Part shown: piece after piece, positions 22,483 to 34,014 of the stretch
Numbering within the stretch: the first letter of the stretch is position 1
How the letters are laid out: every line of letters starts with the position of its first letter
From: Podarcis gaigeae
Taxonomy: Eukaryota
Direction: 5' to 3' (one strand)
DNA: 64,000 bases
NCBI GenBank assembly: GCA_964106915.2
Contig: OZ066918.1
Program-made: the position numbers and the translations under genes
Notes under the pieces: model-generated
Told to the model about the DNA's origin: nothing
The model's database searches: none
The model's input: only the letters and a program-made list of their open reading frames with translations

Positions 22483-23454
22483 CCTTGGAATATGGTGCAA
22501 CAATATCCTTTATTGTTTGATCAGTGATTCATCATGACACTGGTTGTTGGTCCAGTAGAAGGTCTCACTAATTCTGTGCCTCTGTTCCTGTGGGACCAAC
22601 ACAGCAATAAACACTGCACAATAAATGCTGTAAATCCATATCAACTGTATAAACTATGACAGGCTGTGTTTGTGTTCAGAACAGTATGAATGGATAACTA
22701 TTTTGTGTTGTGTTTTTAAAATGTGGTTCTATTAAAGGCCCACTCATCCCTTGATGAACGTAACATCAAGTGATGACTTCCACAGGTGAAACAGTCATCA
22801 CAGATCAACCACAGCAGACAGAACATTCAAACTACCTAATATAACCCTGGGCACAATATTTTTCACACATTTATCTGAGAGCAATGAAGTAATATCAGTG
22901 AGTGATGAACTATCAAATGATATATAAGGAAGTGTGAATCCATCCTATGAATCTCTTCCATCCATCTGATCACACAAATGAGCTGCCGGAAAGGTCAAGA
23001 CCCTTTGCCTCTGGGAAGTGGATACTCTTTAGTTTTATTGACTCTTGAGTCAGTGAGAGTTGTGCTTGCTATCGCCTTGTTTTACCTATCTTCCACATCA
23101 GCTTTATTTCCTTATTTCCCATCAACTTCCACAGAAGGCATCATCCTTTTCTATCTCCTAGAAAGACCAAACCTGATTTAGATAGCCCAATAGCCTGATC
23201 TGCTCTTCTGCAGCTACCAATGTACCTGGGGACCACGCTGATGAAGCACCAAAGGCTGGAGTCTAGGGTAAGGAGCGCCATTCAGTAACAGCTCATTGGA
23301 GTGTGCTTGTGTAAAAAAATGGCATCTGGCATTGCTTGTATGAATCTGAAGGAAGTGACCAAACACAGGCAGGTGCCTCAAAGGGGTTGTGTATAGTCCT
23401 GCTAACTTAGCCAGGAGTTTCTGCTAGACTCTGTCTTTATGCGTGGAATGAACT

Positions 23455-23600
23455 CTCTGGAAAGTGATAGACTCTCCTTCCTTGCAGATTTTTAAGCAGA
23501 TGTTGGGTGGCCATCTGTCATGGATGCCTTAGTAGATATTCCTGCATCGCAGGGAGTTGAACCTTCAGGGTCCCTTCCAACTCCATGGTCCTTGATTCTT
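23455..23600 (+). mobile_element. CR1 LINE 3' end fragment
   Basis: Similar to the 3' end of the CR1 copy at 53160-53308. Confidence 0.7.
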
Positions 23601-26426
23601 TGAGGCTTTAGCTCCTGTCTTTTTATTCCCCCTCCCCATAGGTCTTCAGAGCTAATGCTGTGGTGTTTAGTGCCATCAGCTGGGGGAAAGTATTCTGCAG
23701 TCCAAAGCATGCCTAGATGAGGAATATTCTACAGTGAAGAAGATGGCAGATATTAGGTAGGTATGAAGGTCCATTGCCTGGGAATCCAACACAATAAGAG
23801 GTGGGCAGGCCTGGGAACCATCACGTCCCTCAATTGCTGGCCTCTGTGTGTGTTAGCTGCAGAGTTGTTTGTGGAAGAAGCAGGGAATTATGGGAGTCAT
23901 GTACCCCTAGATCTTTAGGGAAAAGGAATGAATGTGGCACCACAGAGTCTAATTTTGATGCACTTGACTATGATGTAATCCAAACATTTCTGAATATACA
24001 TTACACCCTCCAGCAAATCATGTCAGGGGGGGGGATGTAACAGATGAGTTGGGAAGCTTGGGCTGACATAAGATAACAAATGGCCCTGTCATTTTGTAAA
24101 CACAGTGCAGGATTTGATGTTCAGGATGATTGTAAAATGCTAAATTAGAGATGTAAGATCATGTGACATCACTGAAATGGTATTAGCATCTTGAATCTGA
24201 TCTGAGGTGTGGACCAGGCTGCCTATTCCATAGACCTCCTCAGCTCAGTTGGCTGGCATAGATTTCATATGGTGACTAAAAGCAGTTTAGATCCAAGTGT
24301 TTGAGCTTAACTGGATTATGTATTTTGCTATTAGCAAACACAAATTATTTGTGTGATAATCACTGAACATTCCAGACACCGTGACAGTTTCTGCATAGGG
24401 GTCTGGAGATCTAGCAATACTATCTTAACCTTCCATGATGATTCACTGCCAGCCTTAAGCCTCTTGACAATCAGTTCCATATATATATCTCACAAAGCCA
24501 ACATCTGCAATAAGTAGGAAAATTGTGTTGGAAGCCTGGAAATCTGAGAAATGACAGAAGTGATGATGATACCAATGTACTAGATTAGCTATAAATTGAG
24601 ATAATTACATTATTCTTATCAGTTTTCACTCTTTCTAAGGTAAAATCATCTCAGTTGCAGCTAATGACAAACCTGTCTCCCTGCAGGCCACCTCTGTCAT
24701 TGACCTGGGGACACAGGAGCCCCATGATAGCCAGAAGGTGGGGAGTCCTACACCCCTCTTGCTTTCATAACCCACTCCATCACAGAACCTGTCCAATAAA
24801 AGCTTTGACTGATGTACACTTGTGTTTCTGTGCTAGTGAAGGCTAGTGAACAGGGATCTGTGTTTCCCATTTGTTTCTCAGCTGCGTTCATGATGAGCCA
24901 CCCCCTGCGGGGGGCTCAGGAGTTTTAGGGACTATTCCACTACCACACCCATATCAGGGCTCAGCGCCTGCATCTTATCCACCATCTGTCTGCTCTACCG
25001 CAGTCCCCCTAGTTACTGCTGGTGTGATAAATCATGCAGCTGGGCTGCATGGTGGTGAAAGATAAGGGGGTGGGGGGGGACATTGATATCATGGTCTGCT
25101 GGATTCTTAATCTGCAGACAGTGGCAATCAACCAAATGAACATGGGAGATGTAGCGGGATGAGATTAAGTGGGCTGGTAAAAATGACAGGCAGCCTAAAG
25201 CAGGTCAAAATCAGGCAAGTATCCAAAATGGGATATTGGTCCCTGCAGGGGTGGTGTCGGTGCTCACCATCCTTGGGCATCTTCCAGGGCCCTGGCAGGA
25301 CCCACTGCTGCCATCTGTTCTGGGCTCCACTTAGAAGAAATAATATGCACCCGCCACCCTCTAAGCAACCACCAATCCAAATTCCTACGGCGTTACTGGT
25401 GTAGCATCACTGCAGAGTATTGTGGGAAACGAAGAAGACAGGCTGCTTGCAACATTGCCATTCACTGCTGCAAACCAGGGCCCTGACTCTTCCCCAGCAA
25501 CTGATGCTTGTTTACCCAATAATAACTCCCTGAAGGATTCACCCTGGAGACTCACCTGTCAGAAAGTGCACAAAGGTGGGGGTTTTTAATACCCAAGGAA
25601 TTGTTCCGCATACGAGATGATGTGAACATCAAAACGTCTTATATAAACTACCCACTGCTGACTGGGTTTGTAGCAAGAAGTTGTGCCTTTCCTTTCCATT
25701 TGCGATAATTCGGCTTGTCTGCATTTGTATAAATATATCCATATTTAAGCAAACATACATTTTTAAATATAGATTGCTCTGCAGTAGATCCTGCAAATCA
25801 CCTGCTTCCGGCCTTATCTATTGATTAACTCGTTCACTACAGAAATATGCCAGAGCTGCCCAGAAAGAACTTGGAAGTTCTGGCTCCCATCAGTAACAAG
25901 GAGAGACTCCTCACCAAAGAGAAGATTTTTTTCCTGGTTGTGTGTGGCTCAAGCATCATTACTTGCCTGATTATAAAATAAGCAGTAATGTGATTGTAGC
26001 ATTTAAAGCTGGGATTTAAGCACAGCACTAACATTCAAGAGCCAATTTCCTTTCTAGCTCAACCTTTTAAAAAATGGGTTTTCCAGCAAACAAGTGGAGA
26101 TTGTTTTCTTGAGCTTGGTCTCCCAGGCGAAAGATTGTGACATTGTGATAAGTAGCCTGTCACAAGGTCAGCGTCACGTAGGAATTTTGTCTGAACGGTC
26201 CCTCAATAAATTCCACCTGCTCTGACTGCTGAAAGGTATCTCATACACCCTGCAGAGGACTGCTCTGTCACAAAACTCCTAGGTCAGTGATGGCGAACCT
26301 TTTAGAGACCGAGTGCCCAAACTGCAACCCAAAACCCACTTATTTATCGCAAAGTGCCAACATGGCAATTTAACCTGAACTGGTGCATAGTCTGCAGTAG
26401 CTGTCACTACTCTGACTCCTATTTAG

Positions 26427-26600
26427 CCCTGAAGAAAGAACTACCTGGTTACCATATTGCACAGTATCTGAGGAATTTGTGTGAAGTCCAGGCAAGCTCT
26501 CTCAGCGTTTGCATTGAAAGAGAAGATGCATATAGATCTTTTTCCCGTTCATTAACCCAACAATTACCCATTCTCAGCACCGTTGTTTGCCTTCATGAAG
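26427..26600 (+). pseudogene. Exon-like fragment of an unidentified gene inside the hAT element
   Basis: ctgactcctatttag acceptor and AAG|gtaagg donor; 174 nt, phase 1-1; only one + frame is open (LKKELPGYHIAQYLRNLCEVQASSLSVCIEREDAYRSFSRSLTQQLPILSTVVCLHE). Confidence 0.45.
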
Positions 26601-26818
26601 GTAAGGGTAGTTAATATGTTTTTACAGCACCACCATGAGACTGGGGTTGTCTTCTCTAGGAGCTACTCATCTTCTCTGTTAGGATAAAATACTTGTTTCT
26701 GCAGCAGCCGGAGCAGCTTTTAGAGAAAATAAATTCAACAGTGTTTTCCTTGCTCCCTCGCCCTGCCCTGACTGGCCCCTATGCAGGGCATCCGGTGTGG
26801 CCCTGGGCGCACCCTCAC

Positions 26819-26881
26819 CCGCTGCACTTGGCTGTGGTTGAGCTCAGTGAAGAAGTATGCCAGCAAGTGGGAGGCGATCAT
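26819..26881 (-). pseudogene. HK2: Captured hexokinase-2 exon 1 ([21 protein letters not shown])
   Basis: 19/21 identical to the recalled HK2 N-terminus [21 protein letters not shown]; gccATG Kozak; gtgagg donor right after codon 21; GC-rich 5' flank to about 27110. Confidence 0.88.
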
Positions 26882-27411
26882 GGCATGGCGAGGCCGGTGG
26901 GGCCTGGAGCCCTGGTGCTGGCTGAGGGGCAATGAGGACGGGGCAGAGGCGGCCCTGCCTGCCTACCTGGCACTAGAACAAAGTGGCTTCTTTAGGCTTG
27001 CCAGCGATTCCATCCTCCCCTGCTGGCTCCCGCATGACACGCCCTGCCCGGCGCCTCCCATTGGTGCCGGGCAGGAGAAGGTGGCTGCTCGGCTGCCCCA
27101 TTTGAGCTGAGGATTCTACACGCTGACCTTGCCTTCTGCTGGCTCTGTGCTGGGGCAACAGCACACGTGCCCACAGAGGGACCTCTGAGTGTCCCCTCTG
27201 GCACACGTGCCATAGGTTCGCCACCACTGCCCTAGGTAGCATTTGTTACATTGTGTTGAGCTAGGAAGTCATTTTGGACTGAACTCAAGAATGCTTTGCC
27301 TGGTCCTCAGGCTTACAAAGATGACTCCACAGCAGGACTCTCTGAACTTTGTTGCATTGCAAAACCTGGGCAAATAAACCCTGAAGTTCTTCACGAGAGT
27401 CAGGAAACAGC

Positions 27412-27417
27412 TTTATT
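27412..27417 (-). terminator. Candidate polyA signal for the CRTAC1 three-EGF isoform
   Basis: AATAAA on the minus strand at the end of the (AAT)n tract, about 230 nt past the stop at 27644. Confidence 0.5.
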
Positions 27418-27439
27418 ATTATTATTATTATTATTATTA
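27413..27439. repeat. (TTA)n microsatellite
   Basis: Direct reading. Confidence 0.95.
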
Positions 27440-27643
27440 CTCAAGAAAAGCAAGGAAAGGGTGATTCGGTTCTCCAAACAGATCCTAGTGGGTTTGCCTG
27501 GAGGAAGTGGAATCACTAACTCGGGGGAGAGAAGTTATCCTTTTTGCCATACGGAAGCTGGGCGTTGTCTATCGCACGAGCCACTAATGCCGGGCATGCA
27601 CTCCAGCTGGCAGCGCCCACAGTGGAACACCATTGCCACTGAA

Positions 27644-27774
27644 TCAGTTCTTCACACAGCGCCGCCTGTCTGCCCCCAAGAAGAAGCCTTGCTGGCAGTG
27701 GCAATGGAAAGAGCCAGGCTCATTGTGGCAGATGTGATCACACGGGGCCGGTCTTTCTCTGCACTCATTTACAT
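27644..27774 (-). CDS. CRTAC1: CRTAC1 alternative terminal exon, calcium-binding EGF domain 3 (DVNECRERPAPCDHICHNEPGSFHCHCQQGFFLGADRRRCVKN*)
   Basis: tccttctgtttttcag acceptor, phase 1; D-x-N-E-C and C-x-N-x-x-G-S-F-x-C signatures, six cysteines, TGA at 27646-27644; absent from the ORF track. Confidence 0.8.
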
Positions 27775-28133
27775 CTGAAAAACAGAAGGAAGAGACATAT
27801 TTCACCCAGCGGGAGGAGCAGATGCCAGCGGGGATTTCAACGGAGTGCCCAACAGCAAGGATAACCAGCTCCTTGGAGCCTACTCCTTGCAGCTGAAAAA
27901 ATGAAAAAATGATGCCTGCAGCAAACTGTTACCCTACTCCCTACTGCAAGAGGTAGTCGCTGACCCAGCTCTTCCACAGTTTTGTGCCATGGAACACCTC
28001 AGAGAGACCTAGAAGAGGACATGCTATGGCAATGCCTGCCACCATGGAAGGTGTGGTGGTCTGGCTCATTGCTTGCAGACTTTTTGGAGCAACAGCTACT
28101 GGCCTGCTCAGCAGATACTGGCTACTATTTTTT

Positions 28134-28135
<2 letters not shown>

Positions 28136-28182
<47 letters not shown>

Positions 28183-28197
28183 TCACTCACTCACACA
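28136..28197. repeat. (AC)n / (ACTC)n microsatellite
   Basis: Direct reading. Confidence 0.95.
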
Positions 28198-28291
28198 CCC
28201 CAAAATGTATATACTAGTTGTTTGTACTAAAAGCTTGCAGTGGTTTACAAAAAGGATTAAAATATTAATAAAAGACAGTTTAAAAACTTAC

Positions 28292-28417
28292 CCAGGCACT
28301 TGTTGGCATCTTGGGGATCAGTCTTGAAGCCGGGGTGGCACTGGCAGGAATGCCCACCCTGTGTGTTGACACAGACGTGGCTGCAGTTATGCAGACCATA
28401 GGTGCACTCATTTATGT
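28292..28417 (-). CDS. CRTAC1: CRTAC1 alternative exon, calcium-binding EGF domain 2 (DINECTYGLHNCSHVCVNTQGGHSCQCHPGFKTDPQDANKCL)
   Basis: ctgcccag acceptor, G|gtaagt donor, 126 nt, phase 1-1 (compatible with exon 14); six-cysteine cbEGF pattern. Confidence 0.82.
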
Positions 28418-29562
28418 CTGGGCAGAGAGGAAGGATCATAGTGAGCGCAGCAGTGGTTAAGTGTTCCTGTTCACACACGTGTCTCCAACCTCATGAGGAG
28501 ACCTCATGGGCACCTCTCAGACAGCTATTACCACTGGGGGAAACATGGTTAGATTCCCATTCCTGATACCCTCAGGGTCAGCCTTGTAAAAAAGTGCCCA
28601 AAATTCCCATGACCATCACCAGCCCCAAATTGCTGGGTGGGGTGAGGTGGTGGTGGTGAAAACCTGGCCATGGCAACTAATTATGCAAACCTCATTGGGG
28701 CAGCAAACCTTTGTGACAGATGGCTCAGGTGGCACCCTATATTTAGCCATTTAGCAGGTAAGTGAAGCCTCGAAAGAGATTCAGAGGAAAGCCATTTTGC
28801 ACCTAGTGGACAGTGAAGCAGTTTTATCAAGAGCATGAACTGTGCTCTATTTCCAAGGAGATGATCTGAGAGACTATCCAGGCACCAGCACTTAGCAGGG
28901 GAAAGTGGTGTTTCCTCATGTCCACTACTCTGGTGTGGGGAAGCTTGCAATGATAGGCTTCTAGTTCTCTCTTTTTCTCCTCCAGAGGGCACCAGTGTCC
29001 TATCTGATTGTTGCCATCTGGATATGCAGCAAAGAAGCAAGAAAAGGCTTGGTCACTCCTTCAGGTTGTGCTCTCAAACTTATCTGACCAAGTGACATGT
29101 CTACTTATTAATTGATCAATGGAAACTCTATGGAACCAGAGCCCAGGTGTCCAGAGTATGTGACTTTCGCAACAGAGCAAGGGGGTGATGCAGCAGATCG
29201 GGATTCCAGCCTCTACTCCAGCTGTAGGTATCTCAGTGCCCCTGCTGGGTCAGGTGCACGGAAAACAAGAGCCCCTCAAGAGTTCAGTTCCCTAGAACTA
29301 GGCAAGGCACACAATCCAGACACATAGCTCACGGAGGCACATAATACCCAAATACACATTTGAGCATATGGCAAAGAATGATAAGGTGTGACATGGCCAA
29401 CACTTATCAGCACCCTTGTGTGGCACATCAACGTTCACTCACATTTCTGGTTCATTCAGGCATACACTTGTGAACATGTGACTCACACGGCATATATGTG
29501 GACATTGTATTGCCACTGTTTATCCCCTGAGTCTGCTTCCAATCAAACTATCATGGGATCTA

Positions 29563-29769
29563 CAGTGGTACCTCGGGTTACAGACACTTCAGGTTACAGA
29601 CTGCTAACCCAGAAATAGCACCTCGTGTTAAGAACTTTGCTTCAGGATGGGAACATAAATCGTGTTCTGGCGGTGCAGTGGCTGAAGAAGGCCCCATTAG
29701 CTAAAGTGGTGCTTCAGGTTAAGAATGCATCTCCAGAACGAATTAAGTTCTTAACTCGAGGTACCACTG
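29563..29769. mobile_element. Tc1/mariner (Tigger/pogo-like) MITE
   Basis: TIR CAGTGGTACCTCG / CGAGGTACCACTG flanked by a TA TSD. Confidence 0.88.
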
Positions 29770-30034
29770 TACATGCATTTCTGCTTCTCCATCAGCAACA
29801 TAGTGGTATGTCAATTCTCTCTCTTTCTTTATTTTAGACATATCTGAGGACTTACCTTTCTAAGAAATATGACCATATAAATGAGCAGCAAAGACCTCTG
29901 AGGGTTTAAAATGGGGCCGGAAGCACAGGATCATGGAGCTGGAAGGCACCTAATGGGCTACCAAATGGCCGATGTCTCCAATCTGGATTGGAACCTGTGC
30001 TCTCCCCAGATGAGCTGTTCAGAATCTGGAGCCC

Positions 30035-30278
30035 CACATCAAACCAATGCCTTCAAGTTACAAGAAAGGAGAAAACTTTCTGACAGTCAGAGCTGTTCGA
30101 CAGTGGAACAGTCTCCTTCGGGAAGTGGTGGACTCTCCTTCCTTGGAGGTTTTTAAAAGCAGAGGTTGGATGGTCATCTGTCATGGATGCTGTGGCTGAG
30201 ATTCCTGCATTGCAGGGGGTTGGACTAGATGACCCCTGGGTTCCTTCCAACTCTACCATTCTATGATTCTGTGATTCT
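30035..30278 (+). mobile_element. CR1 LINE 3' fragment
   Basis: Matches the ORF2 end and 3' UTR of the 51.9-53.3 kb copy; ends in ATTCTATGATTCTGTGATTCT. Confidence 0.85.
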
Positions 30279-33200
30279 TCCCACTCTCTACACACACTGT
30301 AAATAAAGATTTCCCAGATTCAAATCATCCCTGAACAATTGCGTCCAGCCTTTTTAGCTTCCTGCCCAAGACGTATTTCAAACTCGGTCTTTAGGGCAGG
30401 TAAACACATACCTAGTGCGTAAGACTGGGTGGGAGATTTTTTAATCAGCCATGATGTGGAGCTCTTGCTGCCCTGCCTCCTCTTTGCCTCTTATTTACTA
30501 CATTTCTTGTGTTAGTTTCACTGATAACAGTGATGGGGAAGGTCAGGGATAGGAAGAGACGAGGGTGGGGTAGAATCATTAGTTATGTACACACCCTTCT
30601 GCAAAATTGCCCTGTGGACTCACAACTGAATGAGTCCTCAGCAGAAATGCAACACGCAGCGCATGGATAAAAGGGAAGCTGTTCTGACCCTCATGAAATG
30701 CAGCAAATAAATGATGTGCTGTAGCAATGGTGCTTTCTCTTGGCGACACCAGACTTTGAGGCTTGCTGTTCTGTGGCTTAGTCTGGCCAAATCGATCAGC
30801 TCCTTCTGTACAGGTGAAACGGTTGCAGAGCAAAAGCAGTTGTGCTTTTCAAGAGGACAAAGGCTTCACAGCAGTGCAAGGCCAACTGAATTTCCCATCA
30901 GGAAGATGTGGCTCCTGGCAACAATGCCAGAGATGGGACAGGACTTCAGGCAAACAAATAAAAGCTTCAAGAAACAGGATCATCTAGAGGAGAGCCCCAA
31001 GAGGTCATGATATCTTGGATTTGATTCTACATCATATTGGAGAGAGGATTGTTAAAGCTGAAGAACCACAAAAGCTTTGCATTCCAGAGGACAGAAGTAG
31101 ACCTAATGGACTTAAATTACTGCGTGGTAGATTTTGGTTGAACATTAGGAGAATCTTCTCAGTGCTAAGAGAACTTTGGCAATGGAACTAATCATGTCCA
31201 GTGGGGATTGGGCCCTCCTTCCCTAGACATGTTCTAAGAGGCGGCTGAATGGCTGACTGTTGGGATTTTGGGTTTAATTTTGATGTAATTTTAGATTTCC
31301 TACATCAAGTAAGGTGTGGGGATTCTGCTAAACTGCAGCTCCCATCAGCCCCAGAAACCATGGCCAATGGCTAGATATGATGGGAATTGTAGTTAAGCAG
31401 AGAGCAATCCACAGGCTCCCCACATTAGAAGACAGCCTACAAGACCCCTTCCAGTCCTAGGATTCTACGAGCAAAAATAGCAAATGGATCTGTTCTCTCT
31501 GCAAGAAGCATATTTAGGCTGCAAATGAGACAAAGATGTATGGAATGAAATTCTGAAACTGTATCTCTAGAAGCAGGAAGAGTAATGTCATTAGTCAAAA
31601 GAGAGCCAGATAAACTTATGAAGGGTGTTGAATGAGAAGCATCATCTTAGGTTTCAGGAACAGTCAAATGTGGTCAGGAAATAATTAACCCTCTCCAAAA
31701 GGTGTGAGTTTCTTTTCTCTCCTTAATAACAAAAAAAAATATCACTCATTGGTAGTGATGAATGAACTTTGCAGTTAGGTTTGGAATTGAGCTGGGTAGG
31801 GAATGAGGAGCAGGAATGAACTATCCCACCCCTAATTCAGAAAATAGTTAAGAGGGATGTTGAACTCAGTTCCAAGCCTGTTTCAGACACACCTGTGCCC
31901 AAAAATGACAAGATCCATAAATTTATCCAAACCCTCACAATGGCAACCTGTACCCATTCACCTGTCTATGCCCTCTCAAGCCCCTTGTTCCTCTGCGTGT
32001 ATCTTTGCTGCTGCTCCAACGCAGGGAAAGGGAGAGGGGTCTCTTTCTCCCCTTCCCTCTTTACTCTCTGCATGCTGCTATGGTTCTGTGTTAGACGCAA
32101 GGTGTACTGGGAAATGTAGTTTCCCAGAAATATTGGCATAGGTTACTGGAGTTACATTTTCCAGTGCTTCTCGCATCTGGCACACAGCATGCCAACTGTC
32201 CTCTCCCTTCGACTGCTGAAGCATACACACAAACACACACAAACAAAAGCATGGAAATGAAGGGGCAGTGATGGATGGGAAGCAGGAACACGGGACATTT
32301 TTAGTCCTTCTCTGGCTTGGATTTTAATCTGAACCAATGAAGAACTTTGGGGGTTCTAGTTCTTGCAATATATTTTAACATAGGCTCATCCAGATTTGTA
32401 GTCCAAGGATAATGGTTTGATGCCTCACAAGGGTTTGCGAAGGTATCTTCTACCAAGTCAGGTTGATCGGTACCTACATGGATTTCTGCCTTTTCCCTTT
32501 CCCCCTCCTGGTTTGTGGCACAGATCGCTTGCCCGAGCCTTCTAGGCTTCCTTTACTGAATGCTTTTTGTAGCAACCATGTTTTTCAGTGTGTCTAAGGC
32601 AGGAGCACAATAACTTGAGAATGGGAAATGCACAGCCATCAACACAAAGGAGAAATCATGGCCAATCAAGACACCCTGGGTAATGCCCATTTTTATTCAT
32701 TTTATTTACATATGCATTGCATATTTACAAACATGCATATCCCCTTCACAGTTATGGTGTTCATAGTATAATAGGCATTGGCCATGCTGGAAACCTGTTT
32801 TCCATGTGACGCCCTTACCTTTGCCTTGTAACAATCTTTGGTATGGAGCGCTTTGCTCACTTCTGTTGTGGGCATGTTATGCATCAGGATTAATCTAACA
32901 AAAATCAGTTGTTGTTGGATTACAGCTCCCATCATCTCTGGCTATTAGGCCAGTAGGACTCCAACAACATCTGGAGGACCTCAGATTCTGCAATCGTGAT
33001 CAAAATTGCAAGGGCTTAAAGAATTTGGTCGAGCTGTTTGCATAGGGAAGAAGTCACCACAGCTCAAACAACTGAGCTACTCAATAGTAGAATGGCATGG
33101 CCTTGGCTGGGAGGCAAATAGTCAACATGCAGTTGTCTTACAAGTTGAAGCTTCCTCATGTGTAGCCAAAGTCCCATGCAAATGCCTGCAGTCATTTGCC

Positions 33201-33895
33201 CTGCGGCTGTTATGGCTACCCATCTCCCTGAAGGTTCACACGTGTCTCTCACAAAAGGAAACTGGCACACAGCTTGGCACCACCTCATTCTTGGCCTACG
33301 TTGATCTTCTGAATATAAGTTGTGGCCCCGCATTCCCACCCATACCCCCAAGCATAGCTGCAAGCAGGTGCTTATAGACAGTGTAGAGTTTATTGGGTGG
33401 AGTGAGCTGAGAGACCGGGTGGGTTCAAACTTCAGACACACACTGGTAAGACAAGGTCAAGGTGAATCCCGGTCCAGTCGGGCTGGGGGAGCAGGAGGAG
33501 GAGGAGGGAAGGGAAGCAATCATGTCACAGGCCAAACCAGCAGGCACAGGGTAACTGTTATCAGTTTTAACCAAGCAAGCAACTACCAGCGGGAGCCGCC
33601 ATCTTGGTTAAAGGCAAGCTCCTAGGAAGATGGCAGCCACTCTGAGGAGACAAAGCATTGGTGGGGCCTCTGCCCTGTCTTGTTTTCTCAGAAAACATGC
33701 AAGGGGTGTGACACTAGTGAGAGAGTGTCGTCCGCCGGGCTGCGTAGTGCCCTTTGCAAAGATGGCTGCCCCCACCTCAGTCCATGTTCCCAGGGACCAC
33801 CATGAGAAGACTGGATGAGAGAGATTGGAGGGGAGGAGTACAGGGGAAGCCACTTCCATCTATAAAGGCTGCTTTTTGTCCTTTATTGGCAAGGC

Positions 33896-34014
33896 TTAAA
33901 GTGCATAGGAGTGAAAGCAGAGTCCGAGGCAAAGTGGAAGCAGAGGGGCAGAGGGCAAGATGGGGCCCAGCCAGCTCCCTGAGGAAGGGTATCCACCAAA
34001 AAAGGCCACTTGAG
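33896..34014 (-). CDS. CRTAC1: CRTAC1 B-type (LOTUS) terminal exon (AQVAFFGGYPSSGSWLGPILPSAPLLPLCLGLCFHSYAL*)
   Basis: ctgtgcag acceptor after a pyrimidine tract, phase 1; resembles the recalled CRTAC1-B tail AQVAFLGGYSS...LGLCLQLYAL. Confidence 0.88.

Larger units (their letters stand above)
26285..27229 (-). mobile_element. Non-autonomous hAT transposon carrying captured host gene fragments (Pack-hAT)
   Basis: TIRs CAGTGATGGCGAACCT (26285-26300) and AGGTTCGCCACCACTG (27214-27229); 8-bp TSD TCCTAGGT (26277-26284) / CCCTAGGT (27230-27237); no transposase ORF. Confidence 0.9.

Noticed and set aside
26819-26881. A genuine HK2 gene starting here
   Set aside because: No downstream hexokinase exons are visible on the minus strand, and the exon is enclosed by hAT TIRs and a TSD.
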